A stretch of DNA of 64,000 bases from an uncultured Candidatus Bathyarchaeia archaeon (GCA_964623205.1 CAZUQX010000004.1:38064-102063), one strand, 5' to 3'. Positions 52,812 to 62,600 are shown, counted from the stretch's first letter. The notes: generated by a model from the sequence alone, not told the origin. A program made the numbers and translations.

Positions 52812-53588
52812 TTGGCAGAAGAAAAAGCAGCTACTCCTGTAGCGAAAAAGGTGGTAAGTAAAGAGAAAGTTGCCAAATCAAAAGTTCCACCTTTACCGAA
52901 AAAATCGGTAGCAGAAAAGAAAGCATCGAAGGTAACTGAACCCGAGGTTATTCCTGTTAAAGAAAAGAAGGCAGCAAAAAAGAAAGTAGCCGAAGCAAAG
53001 GTTCCATCTGTAGCGAAAAAGTCGGTAGCCGTGGAGAAAGTAGAGCCTAAAGTAGCTAAACTATCACGCGGAGAATCAACTGAAAACCCTATGCTTAAAC
53101 CACGAATAGAAAAGGTAACTGTCAACATGTCTGTTGGAAAGTCCGGAGAACCCTTGGACCAGGCGGTGACGGTTCTCCAGCAACTGACGAATCAACAGCC
53201 CTCCAAGAGAAAAGCCAAAAAAACCATACGCGACTTCGGCATCAGAAAGGGAGAATCCATGGCATGCCTTGTGACTCTTCGAAAGGAAAAAGCAGAAGAG
53301 TTTCTCAGGAAGGCTTTACAAGCTGTCGAAAATAAGCTTTCGAAGTACAGTTTTGATCGTCAAGGTAACTTTTCCTTTGGAATCAAGGAACACATCGATA
53401 TTCCCGGCACCAAATACATGCCTGAACTCGGTATTCAGGGCATGGATGTCTCAGTTGCCCTCGGCAGACCCGGATATCGCGTTAAACGTAGACATCGCAC
53501 CAAGTCCAAAATAGGGAAAGACCATCTGCTGACCGCAGACGAAGCGATACTCTTTATTAAAGACGAATTTGATGTTGAAATAATATAA
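52812..53588 (+). CDS. rpl5: 50S ribosomal protein uL5 with a ~88-aa lysine-rich N-terminal extension
   Basis: Core NPMLKPRIEKVTVNMSVGKSGE...DFGIRKGESMA. TTG start at 52812; the extension may be shorter if an internal start is used. Confidence 0.85.
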   Translation: MAEEKAATPVAKKVVSKEKVAKSKVPPLPKKSVAEKKASKVTEPEVIPVKEKKAAKKKVAEAKVPSVAKKSVAVEKVEPKVAKLSRGESTENPMLKPRIEKVTVNMSVGKSGEPLDQAVTVLQQLTNQQPSKRKAKKTIRDFGIRKGESMACLVTLRKEKAEEFLRKALQAVENKLSKYSFDRQGNFSFGIKEHIDIPGTKYMPELGIQGMDVSVALGRPGYRVKRRHRTKSKIGKDHLLTADEAILFIKDEFDVEII

Positions 53589-53603
53589 AAATGAGGAAAT
53601 CCA

Positions 53604-53768
53604 ATGGTGAAACAGCAATCTAAGTCAGAGCGAAAGTTCGGTAAGGGCAGTCGACCCTGTAGGCGATGCGGTTCCTACGGTTCCGTTATCCGCAGGTACG
53701 GGTTAGACTTGTGTCGTCAATGCTTTAGGGAGATTGCTGAGGACTTAGGTTTCAGGAAGTATGAGTAA
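53604..53768 (+). CDS. rps14: 30S ribosomal protein uS14 (Zn-ribbon type)
   Basis: Manually translated 54 aa ([54 protein letters not shown]). Below the ORF-track length cut-off. Confidence 0.9.
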   Translation: MVKQQSKSERKFGKGSRPCRRCGSYGSVIRRYGLDLCRQCFREIAEDLGFRKYE

Positions 53769-54177
53769 AGGAGATGTTACAGATTTGCCTATGATGGACA
53801 CGCTCGCAAACGGCTTGACAACAATCATTAATAATGAGATGCGGCGAAAACGCGAATGCGTGATCAACAAAGCCTCCAAACTTCTAGGGCGTGTCTTGAG
53901 AGTCATGCAGCTGAACGGTTACATCGGAGAATTCGAATTCATTGATGATGGGCGCTCCGGAAAATTCAGAGTACAACTCCTCGGTCGAGTCAACAAATGT
54001 GGCGCCATAAAGCCCCGAATCCCAGTCAGTTCTAAAGAAATAGAAAACTGGGAAAAACAGTTTCTCCCCTCCCGAGACATAGGGGTACTGATCTGTTCTA
54101 CTTCTCAAGGCGTTCTGTCCCATCGAGAGGTTAAAGCGAAAAAGATCGGTGGGCGTCTTTTGGCATTTGTCTATTAG
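53761..54177 (+). CDS. rps8: 30S ribosomal protein uS8
   Basis: [14 protein letters not shown]...[17 protein letters not shown]...GGRLLAFVY. Confidence 0.92.
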   Translation: MSKGDVTDLPMMDTLANGLTTIINNEMRRKRECVINKASKLLGRVLRVMQLNGYIGEFEFIDDGRSGKFRVQLLGRVNKCGAIKPRIPVSSKEIENWEKQFLPSRDIGVLICSTSQGVLSHREVKAKKIGGRLLAFVY

Positions 54178-54189
54178 GAGAAGCAGAAG

Positions 54190-54738
54190 ATGCGTGCAAT
54201 CGAAACCGTGACAACTGTTGAAATCCCTGAAGGAGTAGAGGGTATGCTTGAGGGTAGAATCGTCACGATAAAGGGTGAAAAAGGAGAATTGACCCGAGAC
54301 TTTTCTCATGTACCAATAAAGATTCGGCTGGAAGGGAAGACAGTAACAGTTCAGGCGAGTTGGCCCCGCAAAAAGGAAGCTGCCCTTGTGGGAACGATCA
54401 GTTCTCACATTCAAAATATGATAAAGGGAGTGACGAAGGGATTCACCTACAAATTGAAAATCGTTTTCTCTCACTTCCCAATAACCGTTAAAATTAAGGA
54501 AAAAACATTGACCATCGAGAACTTCACTGGAGAGCGAAGTCCGCGTGCAGCCAAGATAATGGGCGATACCAAGGTTACGATCAAGGGGGATGACATTGTC
54601 GTTCAGGGAATCAACCTTGAAGATGTCAGTCAAACTGCCGCAAACATCCAAAATGCAACCAGGATTAGAAGAAAGGATCCGCGAGTGTTCCTAGATGGCA
54701 TCTACGTTTATGAGAAGCATGAGGGAATCCAAGAATGA
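54190..54738 (+). CDS. rpl6: 50S ribosomal protein uL6
   Basis: [14 protein letters not shown]...[14 protein letters not shown]...[11 protein letters not shown]. Confidence 0.92.
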   Translation: MRAIETVTTVEIPEGVEGMLEGRIVTIKGEKGELTRDFSHVPIKIRLEGKTVTVQASWPRKKEAALVGTISSHIQNMIKGVTKGFTYKLKIVFSHFPITVKIKEKTLTIENFTGERSPRAAKIMGDTKVTIKGDDIVVQGINLEDVSQTAANIQNATRIRRKDPRVFLDGIYVYEKHEGIQE

Positions 54739-55229
54739 CAAAGGAAGAGCCGGAGACAACCGCAGAAAAGCAATTCCCCAAGAAAGATCATAGTAGGCAC
54801 AAGAAACCCAAGTTTAGGCGCCAAGAAAGCTGGCGATACAAGCGGGTCAAAGATACTTGGAGAAAACCGCATGGAATAGACAGTAAAATGCGGAAAAAGG
54901 TTAAGGGATGGCCTCCCTCTCCCACCACAGGTTACCGAAGCCCCAAGAAAACAAGAGGGCTCCATCCGTCTGGATTCGTAGAGACTCGGGTTCAATCTGT
55001 GGAGGATTTGGGTGGAATAGACCCTGAATTGCAGGCTATAAGAATAGCTCGCACTGTCGGGGGTAGAAAAAGAGTTGAGATTCTAGCCTTAGCTGGTGAA
55101 AGAGGAATTCATGTTTTAAATCCAAGAACGGTAGGGGAGCCTGAAGAGTTCGAGGAAAGTGGGGAAGAAGAGATAGAGAAGGAAAAGGAAGAGACCGAAA
55201 GCCTGTCAGATGGAGAGACTGAAAGTTGA
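54735..55229 (+). CDS. rpl32e: 50S ribosomal protein eL32 with acidic C-terminal tail
   Basis: [30 protein letters not shown]...[15 protein letters not shown]. Tail is [22 protein letters not shown]. Confidence 0.9.
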   Translation: MTKEEPETTAEKQFPKKDHSRHKKPKFRRQESWRYKRVKDTWRKPHGIDSKMRKKVKGWPPSPTTGYRSPKKTRGLHPSGFVETRVQSVEDLGGIDPELQAIRIARTVGGRKRVEILALAGERGIHVLNPRTVGEPEEFEESGEEEIEKEKEETESLSDGETES

Positions 55230-55678
55230 GTCTGAAAAGCCAGCGTCGATTAGCTGCCGAGATCATGAAGGTAGGTGAAGGCCGAGTTTGGATAGACCCG
55301 GAAAGAATAGATTACGTTGAAACAGCAATCACCCGAGAAGAGATCAGAAAGTTGATCCATGAAGGCGTAGTCAAACCCATTCCTGAGAAAGGAATCAGTC
55401 GTGCTCGAGCCAGAGTTCTAACGGAAAAGAGAAAGAAAGGATTGAGAAGAGGACCCGGCGGAAAGAGCGGTTCAGCTCGGGCAAAAATCTCTAAGAAGCA
55501 GGCTTGGATGAACAGGATCAGACCTTTAAGAAAGAGAATGCGCGAATTAAAGGACAGCCGCGCTATCACAGAAAGTGTTTACCGTAAACTATATGACATG
55601 TCAGAAAGCGGTGTCTTCGAGTCAAAGGCTGATCTAGAACGCTACATCAAAACCCATGATTTGTGGAGGAGACGATAA
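55226..55678 (+). CDS. rpl19e: 50S ribosomal protein eL19
   Basis: [23 protein letters not shown]...[16 protein letters not shown] start. Confidence 0.9.
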   Translation: MSLKSQRRLAAEIMKVGEGRVWIDPERIDYVETAITREEIRKLIHEGVVKPIPEKGISRARARVLTEKRKKGLRRGPGGKSGSARAKISKKQAWMNRIRPLRKRMRELKDSRAITESVYRKLYDMSESGVFESKADLERYIKTHDLWRRR

Positions 55679-56298
55679 TGGCAACTGGCCCAAGCTACCG
55701 AGTTCCTTTCCGCAGACGGAGAGAAGGAAAAACAAATTACCGATCCCGTAGGGCTCTCGTTCTGTCAAAGTCGCCTCGCCTAGTAGTTCGACTCACTCTG
55801 AAACACACAACCCTGCAAATAGTCGAAGCCGAAGCCATAGGGGACAAGGTTATTGTTTCAGCCCACTCCCGTGAATTGACGAAGACCTACGGTTGGCTGA
55901 GCAGCGGCGGAAACGTTCCAGCCGCTTATCTTACTGGCCTCCTGTGCGGTTTCAAGGCAATGGCTAAGGGAGTGGAAAAAATTTTCTTGGACATTGGTCT
56001 GCATATTCCCTCCAAGGGAGCACGAATTTTTGCTGCTCTAAAGGGTGTTCTTGATGCTGGTGTTGAAGTTCCCCACAGTGAAGATATACTTCCTGATGGA
56101 AGTAGAATAAGCGGAAAACACATCGTGGACTACGGGAGTCAGTTGTCTTCAGACGCCGAGGTCTATAAGCAGAAGTTTTCCAAGTATCTTTCAAGAGGGT
56201 CAAGACCAGAAGAGCTGTCTGAACACTTTTCTGCAGTAAAAGACAAGATTATGTCTTCGTTTAAGAAAAAGGTGAAAGAAGAGAAGGAAGAAACATGA
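55678..56298 (+). CDS. rpl18: 50S ribosomal protein uL18
   Basis: [25 protein letters not shown]. The ATG overlaps the eL19 stop (TAATG). Confidence 0.9.
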   Translation: MATGPSYRVPFRRRREGKTNYRSRRALVLSKSPRLVVRLTLKHTTLQIVEAEAIGDKVIVSAHSRELTKTYGWLSSGGNVPAAYLTGLLCGFKAMAKGVEKIFLDIGLHIPSKGARIFAALKGVLDAGVEVPHSEDILPDGSRISGKHIVDYGSQLSSDAEVYKQKFSKYLSRGSRPEELSEHFSAVKDKIMSSFKKKVKEEKEET

Positions 56299-56927
56299 GG
56301 TCCAGCAACGAGAAGTTTGATACTTGGATGCCCCGTACAAAGCTGGGAAGAATGGTTCTTGAGGGGCAAATCTCCTCCATAGAAGAGTTGTTTATGGAAG
56401 GATTAAAGATAAGGGAGCCCGAGATAGTGAATGTTCTTCTTCCCGACCTACAGGAAGAAGTTATAAACATAGGGTTAGTGCAGAAGCAAACGGACGCTGG
56501 AGAGAAATCTCAGTTTAGGGCTATCGTAGTTGTGGGAAACCGCGACGGTTATGTCGGTTTGGGTTCAGGAAAGGCAAGGCAGGTGCGCTCCGCCATCGAG
56601 AAAGCTGCTGTGGACGCACGCCTTAACATTACTCCTGTCCGTCGAGGCTGTGGATGCTGGGAATGTGGGTGCGGAAAACCCCACTCTTTACCTTTCCAAG
56701 TTAGCGGCAGTTGCGGCGGGGTTGAAGTTGTTCTGATTCCGGGACCTAGAGGTTTAGGTGTTGTTGCTAGTGGGGCAGCTAAGATCATTCTAGGACTAGC
56801 TGGTGTAAAGGATTGCTGGACGAACAGCTATGGCTCCACGAGAACTGTTCCCTCTTTCGCCTGTGCCGTCTTTGATGCTCTTAAAAGAACCTACAGGTTA
56901 GTCACACCGAAGGACTGGGTGAGTTAA
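56295..56927 (+). CDS. rps5: 30S ribosomal protein uS5
   Basis: VVVGNRDGYVGLGSGKARQVRSAIEKA...IPGPRGLGVVASG. Confidence 0.92.
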   Translation: MRSSNEKFDTWMPRTKLGRMVLEGQISSIEELFMEGLKIREPEIVNVLLPDLQEEVINIGLVQKQTDAGEKSQFRAIVVVGNRDGYVGLGSGKARQVRSAIEKAAVDARLNITPVRRGCGCWECGCGKPHSLPFQVSGSCGGVEVVLIPGPRGLGVVASGAAKIILGLAGVKDCWTNSYGSTRTVPSFACAVFDALKRTYRLVTPKDWVS

Positions 56928-56928
56928 A

Positions 56929-57408
56929 GTGGCGGAAAAAAACAAGTGTTTGGTGGCGGTTCGGATTCGTGGTGTGAGTGACATTTCTCAGGAAATCAAA
57001 GACACATTAAATATGCTTCGGTTAACCCGAAACTGCCATGCCACACTGCTTGACGACCGCCCCTCATACAAGGGCATGTTGCGAAAAAGTAAAGATTACC
57101 TGACTTGGGGCGAGGTCTCCCAAGAAAATATAGCGCTCCTTTTGAAGAAGAGGGGAAGACTAGTAGGTGACAAAAAATTGACAGATGAGTACGCCAAAGA
57201 GTTGGGCTACAAATCGTTGGACGACTTGGCTGAGGCCATGTTTAAGGTGGAAGTTGAGTGCAGCAGTCTTCCCAAAGTGAAACCTGTGTTTCGTCTTCGT
57301 CCACCGAAAAAAGGCTTCAAAGGAAAACTAAAACGAAGTTATGCCGCTGGCGGAGAGCTTGGGTATAGAGGAGACGCAATTAATGATCTCCTGAAACGAA
57401 TGGTGTAG
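56929..57408 (+). CDS. rpl30: 50S ribosomal protein uL30
   Basis: VAVRIRGVSDISQEIKDTLNMLRLTR. GTG start. Confidence 0.88.
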   Translation: MAEKNKCLVAVRIRGVSDISQEIKDTLNMLRLTRNCHATLLDDRPSYKGMLRKSKDYLTWGEVSQENIALLLKKRGRLVGDKKLTDEYAKELGYKSLDDLAEAMFKVEVECSSLPKVKPVFRLRPPKKGFKGKLKRSYAAGGELGYRGDAINDLLKRMV

Positions 57409-57473
57409 TCAAAGTCAGCGATAATCTTTATACTTATCATGCCAGCACAATCTCAGTTGAGGAAGGGGTTGCC

Positions 57474-58007
57474 TTGAGCGAACCGTGGTGGAGAAGAAGA
57501 AAGAAGAAAGGTCCCTGGTTCAACGATATCTCTGAAGAACTTGAAAGACTCGGGGACCTGATAGATGAAACTATCCAGAAAGCCTTTGAAACCGCCTCAG
57601 AGAAGACACCAGTTCACCGCACTCGTGTCCAAGGTTTCTCCATAATAACTGGTCCTGACGGAAAACCGAGGATTCACGAGTTCAATAACCGTAAACCACA
57701 ACAGGAGGAACCGGAAATTAGCGAGGACACGGAGCCCCTAGTCGATCTAATCGAGGATGCTGAGACCCTAGTTGTTTTGGCTAGCCTCCCGGGAGTTAAG
57801 AGAGATGCTATTGACCTTCGCACAACTGTGAATCGCCTAACGATTTCTGTTGATACCCCTAACTTGGAATGCTATAAGGAATTGAAACTTCCAGCTAAAG
57901 TGGACCCAAAGTCGGCGCATGCGTCGTACAAGAACGGCGTTTTGGAAGTAAAAATAAAAAAATTAAAGAAGCTATTTAGAGATGGTAGAATATCTGTGAA
58001 AAAGTGA
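57474..58007 (+). CDS. hsp20: Small heat-shock protein, Hsp20/alpha-crystallin family
   Basis: ACD: EPLVDLIEDAETLVVLASLPGVKRDAIDL...YKELKLPAKVDPKSAHASYKNGVLEVKIKK. TTG start. A TATA-like ctttatac sits in the 65-bp spacer. Confidence 0.8.
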   Translation: MSEPWWRRRKKKGPWFNDISEELERLGDLIDETIQKAFETASEKTPVHRTRVQGFSIITGPDGKPRIHEFNNRKPQQEEPEISEDTEPLVDLIEDAETLVVLASLPGVKRDAIDLRTTVNRLTISVDTPNLECYKELKLPAKVDPKSAHASYKNGVLEVKIKKLKKLFRDGRISVKK

Positions 58008-58017
58008 GGTTTGACGT

Positions 58018-58461
58018 TTGCCAACTAAAGACAGAAAAGTAAGAAAATATCGTGGATCCAGAACCCATGGATGGGGTCAAGTAGGCCAGCACAGAGCCAG
58101 AGGTGGTCGAGGAGGAACTGGAAAAGCTGGACTCGACAAACACAAATGGACGTACGTGCTAACACATGACCCCACATATTGGGAAAAGAAAGGCTTCGTG
58201 TCCACCAGAAACTTGGGCAGAAAAGTAACTATCATTAATGTGGGAAAACTGGATGATCTCGTTGCCAAACTGGAATCCGAGAAAAAGCTGGAAAGAAGAG
58301 AGAAGAAAATCTTTTTGGATTTGGAAAGCCTTGGCTACGACAAGCTTTTGGGAATGGGAGAAATAAGCAAGCCTATGCTTGTTAAGGTTGCATCCTATTC
58401 AGAAGCTGCCTCTAGGAAATTGGAAGAGGCAGGAGGGCAAATCCTCAAAGAAAAAGAGTGA
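58018..58461 (+). CDS. rpl15: 50S ribosomal protein uL15
   Basis: RKYRGSRTHGWGQVGQHRARGGRGGTGKAG. TTG start. Confidence 0.9.
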   Translation: MPTKDRKVRKYRGSRTHGWGQVGQHRARGGRGGTGKAGLDKHKWTYVLTHDPTYWEKKGFVSTRNLGRKVTIINVGKLDDLVAKLESEKKLERREKKIFLDLESLGYDKLLGMGEISKPMLVKVASYSEAASRKLEEAGGQILKEKE

Positions 58462-58593
58462 ACGCTGATTTTTCTCTGAGTTTAGCTGATGTCACTGATA
58501 GGAAGTCAAAGTGTTTATATTCATGTTTCACATACGCAATTTGGCTAAGCAACTTATGCCGTAACAAAGTATTGATTAAAGGCGAAGGAGATC

Positions 58594-59997
58594 ATGGCTG
58601 GCAGATTCCTTTCATTGTTCGGGCCTTTGTCAAGGTTCCTGCCCGAAGTAAGTTCACCAACTCGAAAAGTGAGTTTTAACGAGAAGCTCTTCTGGACAGC
58701 CATGGCACTGATACTGTATCTAATCATGAGTAGGATTTCTCTCTACGGCATCGGAACGGAGGGAGGATTGGAACTCGAATATCTTAGAGTCATCTTCGCT
58801 TCTAACCGAGGAACTCTCATGGAGCTTGGAATAGGTCCCATAGTAACTGGTGGTCTCATTCTGCAGTTGCTTATAGGCTCCAATATTATAGGTGCTGATT
58901 TAGGCAATACAGAGGATCGAGCCCTCTTCACAGCAGCCAACAAGGTCTTTACCATAGGTCTAACCGGAGTCCAAGCCGTGGCATACCTCATAGGTGGAGT
59001 GTATGGTTCTCTAAACATAACCACAGCCATCATAATATTTATTCAACTTCTATCCGCTGGTGTAATACTAATGCTGTTGGACGAAATGATCCAGAAAGGT
59101 TGGGGAATGGGAAGCGGAATAAGCCTCTTCATTCTAGCTGGAGTAGCGCAAAACATTATGTGGTCCAGCTTTGGCTTATCAGTTGCTGCGTCTGACGGAA
59201 AACAATATGGCGTCTTCCTCGCCCTTGGCCAGACGATTCTTGGAGGAGAACCTTTGACAAATGCCTTTTTCAGAGAAGGGAATCTTCCAAGCATATTAGG
59301 GTTAATAACAACAATCATCGTCTTCATCATCGTAATATACATGGAAGGCGTTAGAGTTGAGCTTCCCATCTCCCACGCCAATTACAGAGGATTCCGAGGC
59401 AAATACCCAATTAAACTCCTCTATGTCTCTAATCTACCGGTAATTTTTGCCTCCGCCCTCTTTGCCAACGTATATGTCTTCGCTCAAATCCTATCTAACC
59501 AACCTTGGGGTCAGAACAACTTCTGGGTCAGCCTTTTAGGCACTTTCGAAGGCCAAAATCTCACAGGAGGTCTCGCATATTACGTAACTGCACCACAAAG
59601 CATAGGACAGGTCGTTGCCGATCCAGTGAGGGCCTTAGTCTTCGTAGGCATCATGGTTACTTTTTCTGTAATCTTCTCGATTACATGGCTAGAAGTAGGA
59701 GGGCTAGGACCCAGAACCGTTGCAAAACAGCTTGTAGACTCAGGCATGCACATTCCAGGATTCCGGAGGTCAGGCAAATCCATAGAACTGATTCTCAAAC
59801 GTTACATTCCCGTAGTCACAATCCTTGGAGGAGCAATAATTGGGTTGATAGCTGCTGTCGCGGGGTTTTTCGGGGTTTTCGGAACAGGTACGGGCATACT
59901 GTTAGCAGTAGGTATCTTATATCAGTATTACCAAATCCTTGTACAGGAGCAAGCTGCGGAGATGTATCCAGCATTAGGTCGTGTATTAGGAGAATAA
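58594..59997 (+). CDS. secY: Preprotein translocase subunit SecY
   Basis: 467 aa with 10 TM helices. LMELGIGPIVTGGLILQLL and canonical position after uL15. Confidence 0.93.
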   Translation: MAGRFLSLFGPLSRFLPEVSSPTRKVSFNEKLFWTAMALILYLIMSRISLYGIGTEGGLELEYLRVIFASNRGTLMELGIGPIVTGGLILQLLIGSNIIGADLGNTEDRALFTAANKVFTIGLTGVQAVAYLIGGVYGSLNITTAIIIFIQLLSAGVILMLLDEMIQKGWGMGSGISLFILAGVAQNIMWSSFGLSVAASDGKQYGVFLALGQTILGGEPLTNAFFREGNLPSILGLITTIIVFIIVIYMEGVRVELPISHANYRGFRGKYPIKLLYVSNLPVIFASALFANVYVFAQILSNQPWGQNNFWVSLLGTFEGQNLTGGLAYYVTAPQSIGQVVADPVRALVFVGIMVTFSVIFSITWLEVGGLGPRTVAKQLVDSGMHIPGFRRSGKSIELILKRYIPVVTILGGAIIGLIAAVAGFFGVFGTGTGILLAVGILYQYYQILVQEQAAEMYPALGRVLGE

Positions 59998-60059
59998 AAG
60001 TTGAGTAGAATCATCGCAATCATGAACTTCGTTAAGCAAGCTGGGAGGAGTAACTAAAG

Positions 60060-60587
60060 TTGAGTTCCTTCCTGGCACAACCTCCAGTTGTTACAATCGT
60101 GGTCCTTTTTGTTTCAATCGCTATGTCCTTAGCCTCATCACTTATCAATAGTCGTTTCATGCCTAAGGAGCACCGCCAAAAAGTGAAATCTCTACAACGT
60201 AAGATTGCCGCTTTAAAGAACGAAAAAAGCGAAAATATGAAGCAGGCGAAAAGTACAGGTGACAAAAAACTGCTCAGGAAGGCTCAGAAACAAGAAAAGC
60301 AACTTCTTCAGCTTCAATCTCAAGCCCTTTCCTTATCCTCTAAACAGTTTAGAGTGTTACCAATAACCATGACAGTTTTCTTCATCGTCTGGCTCTTGCT
60401 AACTGGCAGCATTCTTGGAATTAAACTGTTTGATAGCCCATTTTATGAGCCCGCAATTCCTGTAGCTTACCTTCCCTGGTTGGGAGGCGTGTTACCACTG
60501 AACCTTTTCTATTGGTATCTCATCTGCTCATTCCTCTTCGGAACCCTATTCTCGCGTTTCTTCGGATTGACGGGGGGGACCGATTAA
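60060..60587 (+). CDS. DUF106 / EMC3-TMCO1-like membrane protein (archaeal YidC/Oxa1-like insertase candidate)
   Basis: TM1, then a basic coiled-coil (KVKSLQRKIAALKNE...KKLLRKAQKQEKQLLQLQ), then two TM helices. Conserved archaeal position after secY. Confidence 0.6.
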   Translation: MSSFLAQPPVVTIVVLFVSIAMSLASSLINSRFMPKEHRQKVKSLQRKIAALKNEKSENMKQAKSTGDKKLLRKAQKQEKQLLQLQSQALSLSSKQFRVLPITMTVFFIVWLLLTGSILGIKLFDSPFYEPAIPVAYLPWLGGVLPLNLFYWYLICSFLFGTLFSRFFGLTGGTD

Positions 60588-60857
60588 ATGCCAAAACCTT
60601 CTAGACGAACTCGAAGCAAGAAACGCCGCCAAATCAAATCCTCTGGAGGACAAACAATTACCCGCTATGGAAAAGAGAAGACCAGTGTTCCTCACTGCTC
60701 CAACTGTGGTCAGGTACTAGCCGGGCTTCCACGACCAGAACCATCTAACATCAGCAAGCTTCCTGGAAATCAGAGAAGAGTTGAACGTATGTATAGCGGT
60801 AATCTATGCCACAGTTGCCTCCGTGATTCTCTCAGAGAGGCAACAAGGAATCTTTGA
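60588..60857 (+). CDS. rpl34e: 50S ribosomal protein eL34
   Basis: PSRRTRSKKRRQIKSSGG...CSNCGQVLAGLPR. Confidence 0.88.
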   Translation: MPKPSRRTRSKKRRQIKSSGGQTITRYGKEKTSVPHCSNCGQVLAGLPRPEPSNISKLPGNQRRVERMYSGNLCHSCLRDSLREATRNL

Positions 60858-61480
60858 GACGCAAGGACGGCTGTCAGAACGTGAAAAACCGTGGGGGAGA
60901 ACGGAAGAAAAAAGTTGTTTTATGTATTAGCGGAATGACGGGCTCCGGAAAGAGCACAGTGGCTAAAAGATTAGCCGCCAAATATGGACTTGGTTACTTT
61001 TCTGGCGGAAACGCTTTGAAAACCTTAGCCCAAGAAGAGGGATACGACCCTGACATAAGAGGATGGTGGGAAACTCCTCAAGGGCGTAAGTTTCTTCAAC
61101 AGCGGATGGGAGACCCGGCTTTTGACAAAAAAATTGATAAGAAGTTGTTGGAGCTGGCGGAACAAGGGAACGTTGTTTTTGATAGCTGGACTATGCCTTG
61201 GCTGTTGGATGAAGGGTTTAAAATTTGGTTGGAGGCTTCGCCACAGGTTAGAGCCAGGAGGGTGGTGAAGAGAGACGGAATCAGCATTGAAGAGGCGGTA
61301 ACGGCTTTGAGAGAGAAAGATGAAAAAACGAGGGAGATATACAAGAGCCTTTATGGGTTCGATTTGGGACACGACCTTTCCCCATTCGATTTGGTTCTTG
61401 CCACGGACGAGCTGGGTCCCGACGAAGTTTTTCATGCCGTTAGTTTAGTTACCGATCGCCTAGTTTTTGGAGAAGCTTAG
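60854..61480 (+). CDS. cmk: Cytidylate kinase, archaeal type
   Basis: P-loop ISGMTGSGKSTVAKRLA. Position after eL34. Start uncertain (alternative GTG ~60881). Confidence 0.8.
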   Translation: MRRKDGCQNVKNRGGERKKKVVLCISGMTGSGKSTVAKRLAAKYGLGYFSGGNALKTLAQEEGYDPDIRGWWETPQGRKFLQQRMGDPAFDKKIDKKLLELAEQGNVVFDSWTMPWLLDEGFKIWLEASPQVRARRVVKRDGISIEEAVTALREKDEKTREIYKSLYGFDLGHDLSPFDLVLATDELGPDEVFHAVSLVTDRLVFGEA

Positions 61481-61522
61481 TTCCTTTCAATTTAGACAGC
61501 TCTAGATCATTCCTTTTGGTTG

Positions 61523-62020
61523 TTACCAGTGAAAAAGAAGTTGGTCTAGGAGTGAAAAGATAGCTGGTTGTGACTGCAACAGGTAATAGGCTATGAGTAT
61601 TAGTAGTATGGCGTGTCTGAGGGGAAGTATTGCATGTTTTCTGTAGTGGTAGCTTAACAAGGCTAAGCCCATGTTGAGTATGGTGAATAGAATGAAGATG
61701 CGACTTAAAGCAAGGGAGATCAGTGCTTCGCTGACCCGATCAACTGCAACATCCACCATCCAACCATCTTCAGAGGAAGTTTCGCCCTTGGCTCTGGCTA
61801 CGATTCCGTCAAGGGCGTCCAGCAGCATAACAAGAAAGAGAGCGATTATGGAAGCGAGAATGGCTCTCTCGGAGATTAACAGGTAAGCTATTGGACTGCA
61901 GACTAAACTTAGTCCCGAAATCATGTTTGCGTTCACACGTTTTAGGAGTGGGAATCGTGTTAGCATTGGTTTCAGAGTCATCCTAAATGCTGATAATGCC
62001 TTGGCCATATAGACCCGCAA
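61523..62020 (-). CDS. CDP-alcohol phosphatidyltransferase family protein
   Basis: D-x2-DG-x2-AR...G-x3-D-x3-D motif: DALDGIVARAKGETSSEDGWMVDVAVD. A likely shorter start at 61981 would avoid overlapping the upstream gene. Confidence 0.75.
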   Translation of the reverse strand: MRVYMAKALSAFRMTLKPMLTRFPLLKRVNANMISGLSLVCSPIAYLLISERAILASIIALFLVMLLDALDGIVARAKGETSSEDGWMVDVAVDRVSEALISLALSRIFILFTILNMGLALLSYHYRKHAILPLRHAILLILIAYYLLQSQPAIFSLLDQLLFHW

Positions 62021-62453
62021 TCAGAATCACTCCCATAACTACTGTTATGATGGTGTCATAGGCGGTCAGTTTTTTCAGGTTTCTCGGCGCTAACCCCAGA
62101 AATACCACTTTTTCACTTAGGGGATAGAATGGTCTTGTAGGTCGTGTTAGGATGTCTAGGAAATAATGGCTCACGAAGCCTATGAGGAACAATCTGCCAA
62201 CAGTATCAGAGAAGAACATGATTGTGAGGGAGATTGACATAGCTAGTAACAGGCCAGGTAGTTCGTGCCACCGGGTTCTGGTTTCGGATTTGAATCTTCG
62301 TGTCTTCAGTGCTACTCGTAGGTGGGAGATGTGGTCTAGGTCTGTGATTACTGATGCTATGCTTGCTATAAGTAGGGCTGTTGGAGAGACGGCTGATGGA
62401 AAACCAAAGACCAGTAATAGATTAGCGAAAAATACGTGACCGACCGTATTCAA
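61983..62453 (-). CDS. Membrane-bound metal-dependent hydrolase-like (DUF457/YdjM family)
   Basis: GHVFFANLLL...ITDLDHI...SHYFLDILT pattern with multiple TM helices. Confidence 0.45.
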   Translation of the reverse strand: MNTVGHVFFANLLLVFGFPSAVSPTALLIASIASVITDLDHISHLRVALKTRRFKSETRTRWHELPGLLLAMSISLTIMFFSDTVGRLFLIGFVSHYFLDILTRPTRPFYPLSEKVVFLGLAPRNLKKLTAYDTIITVVMGVILIAGLYGQGIISI

Positions 62454-62600
62454 AAGTTCACCTTTCCATTTTTGTTATGAACCTACGTTTACGGCATAAG
62501 CTGTTTTATGTTTTTTCCGTCGATAGAATTTTAGAAAGCTTGAAATTAGAAGCTTTTTGGGATGCAGGTCAGACTGGAGATATGAATTCTCATGTTATTC

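Noticed and set aside
49715-53075. CRISPR array or non-coding tandem repeats in the repetitive lysine-rich regions
   Set aside because: The repeats are imperfect, in frame and lack the spacer-repeat periodicity of CRISPR. They are coding low-complexity sequence. No CRISPR array was seen anywhere in the window.
52793-53128. 111-aa antisense ORF opposite the uL5 extension
   Set aside because: Low-complexity mirror of the lysine-rich coding repeat.
53884-54651. 255-aa minus-strand ORF across uS8/uL6
   Set aside because: It overlaps two unambiguous r-protein genes on the plus strand and has no motifs or SD.
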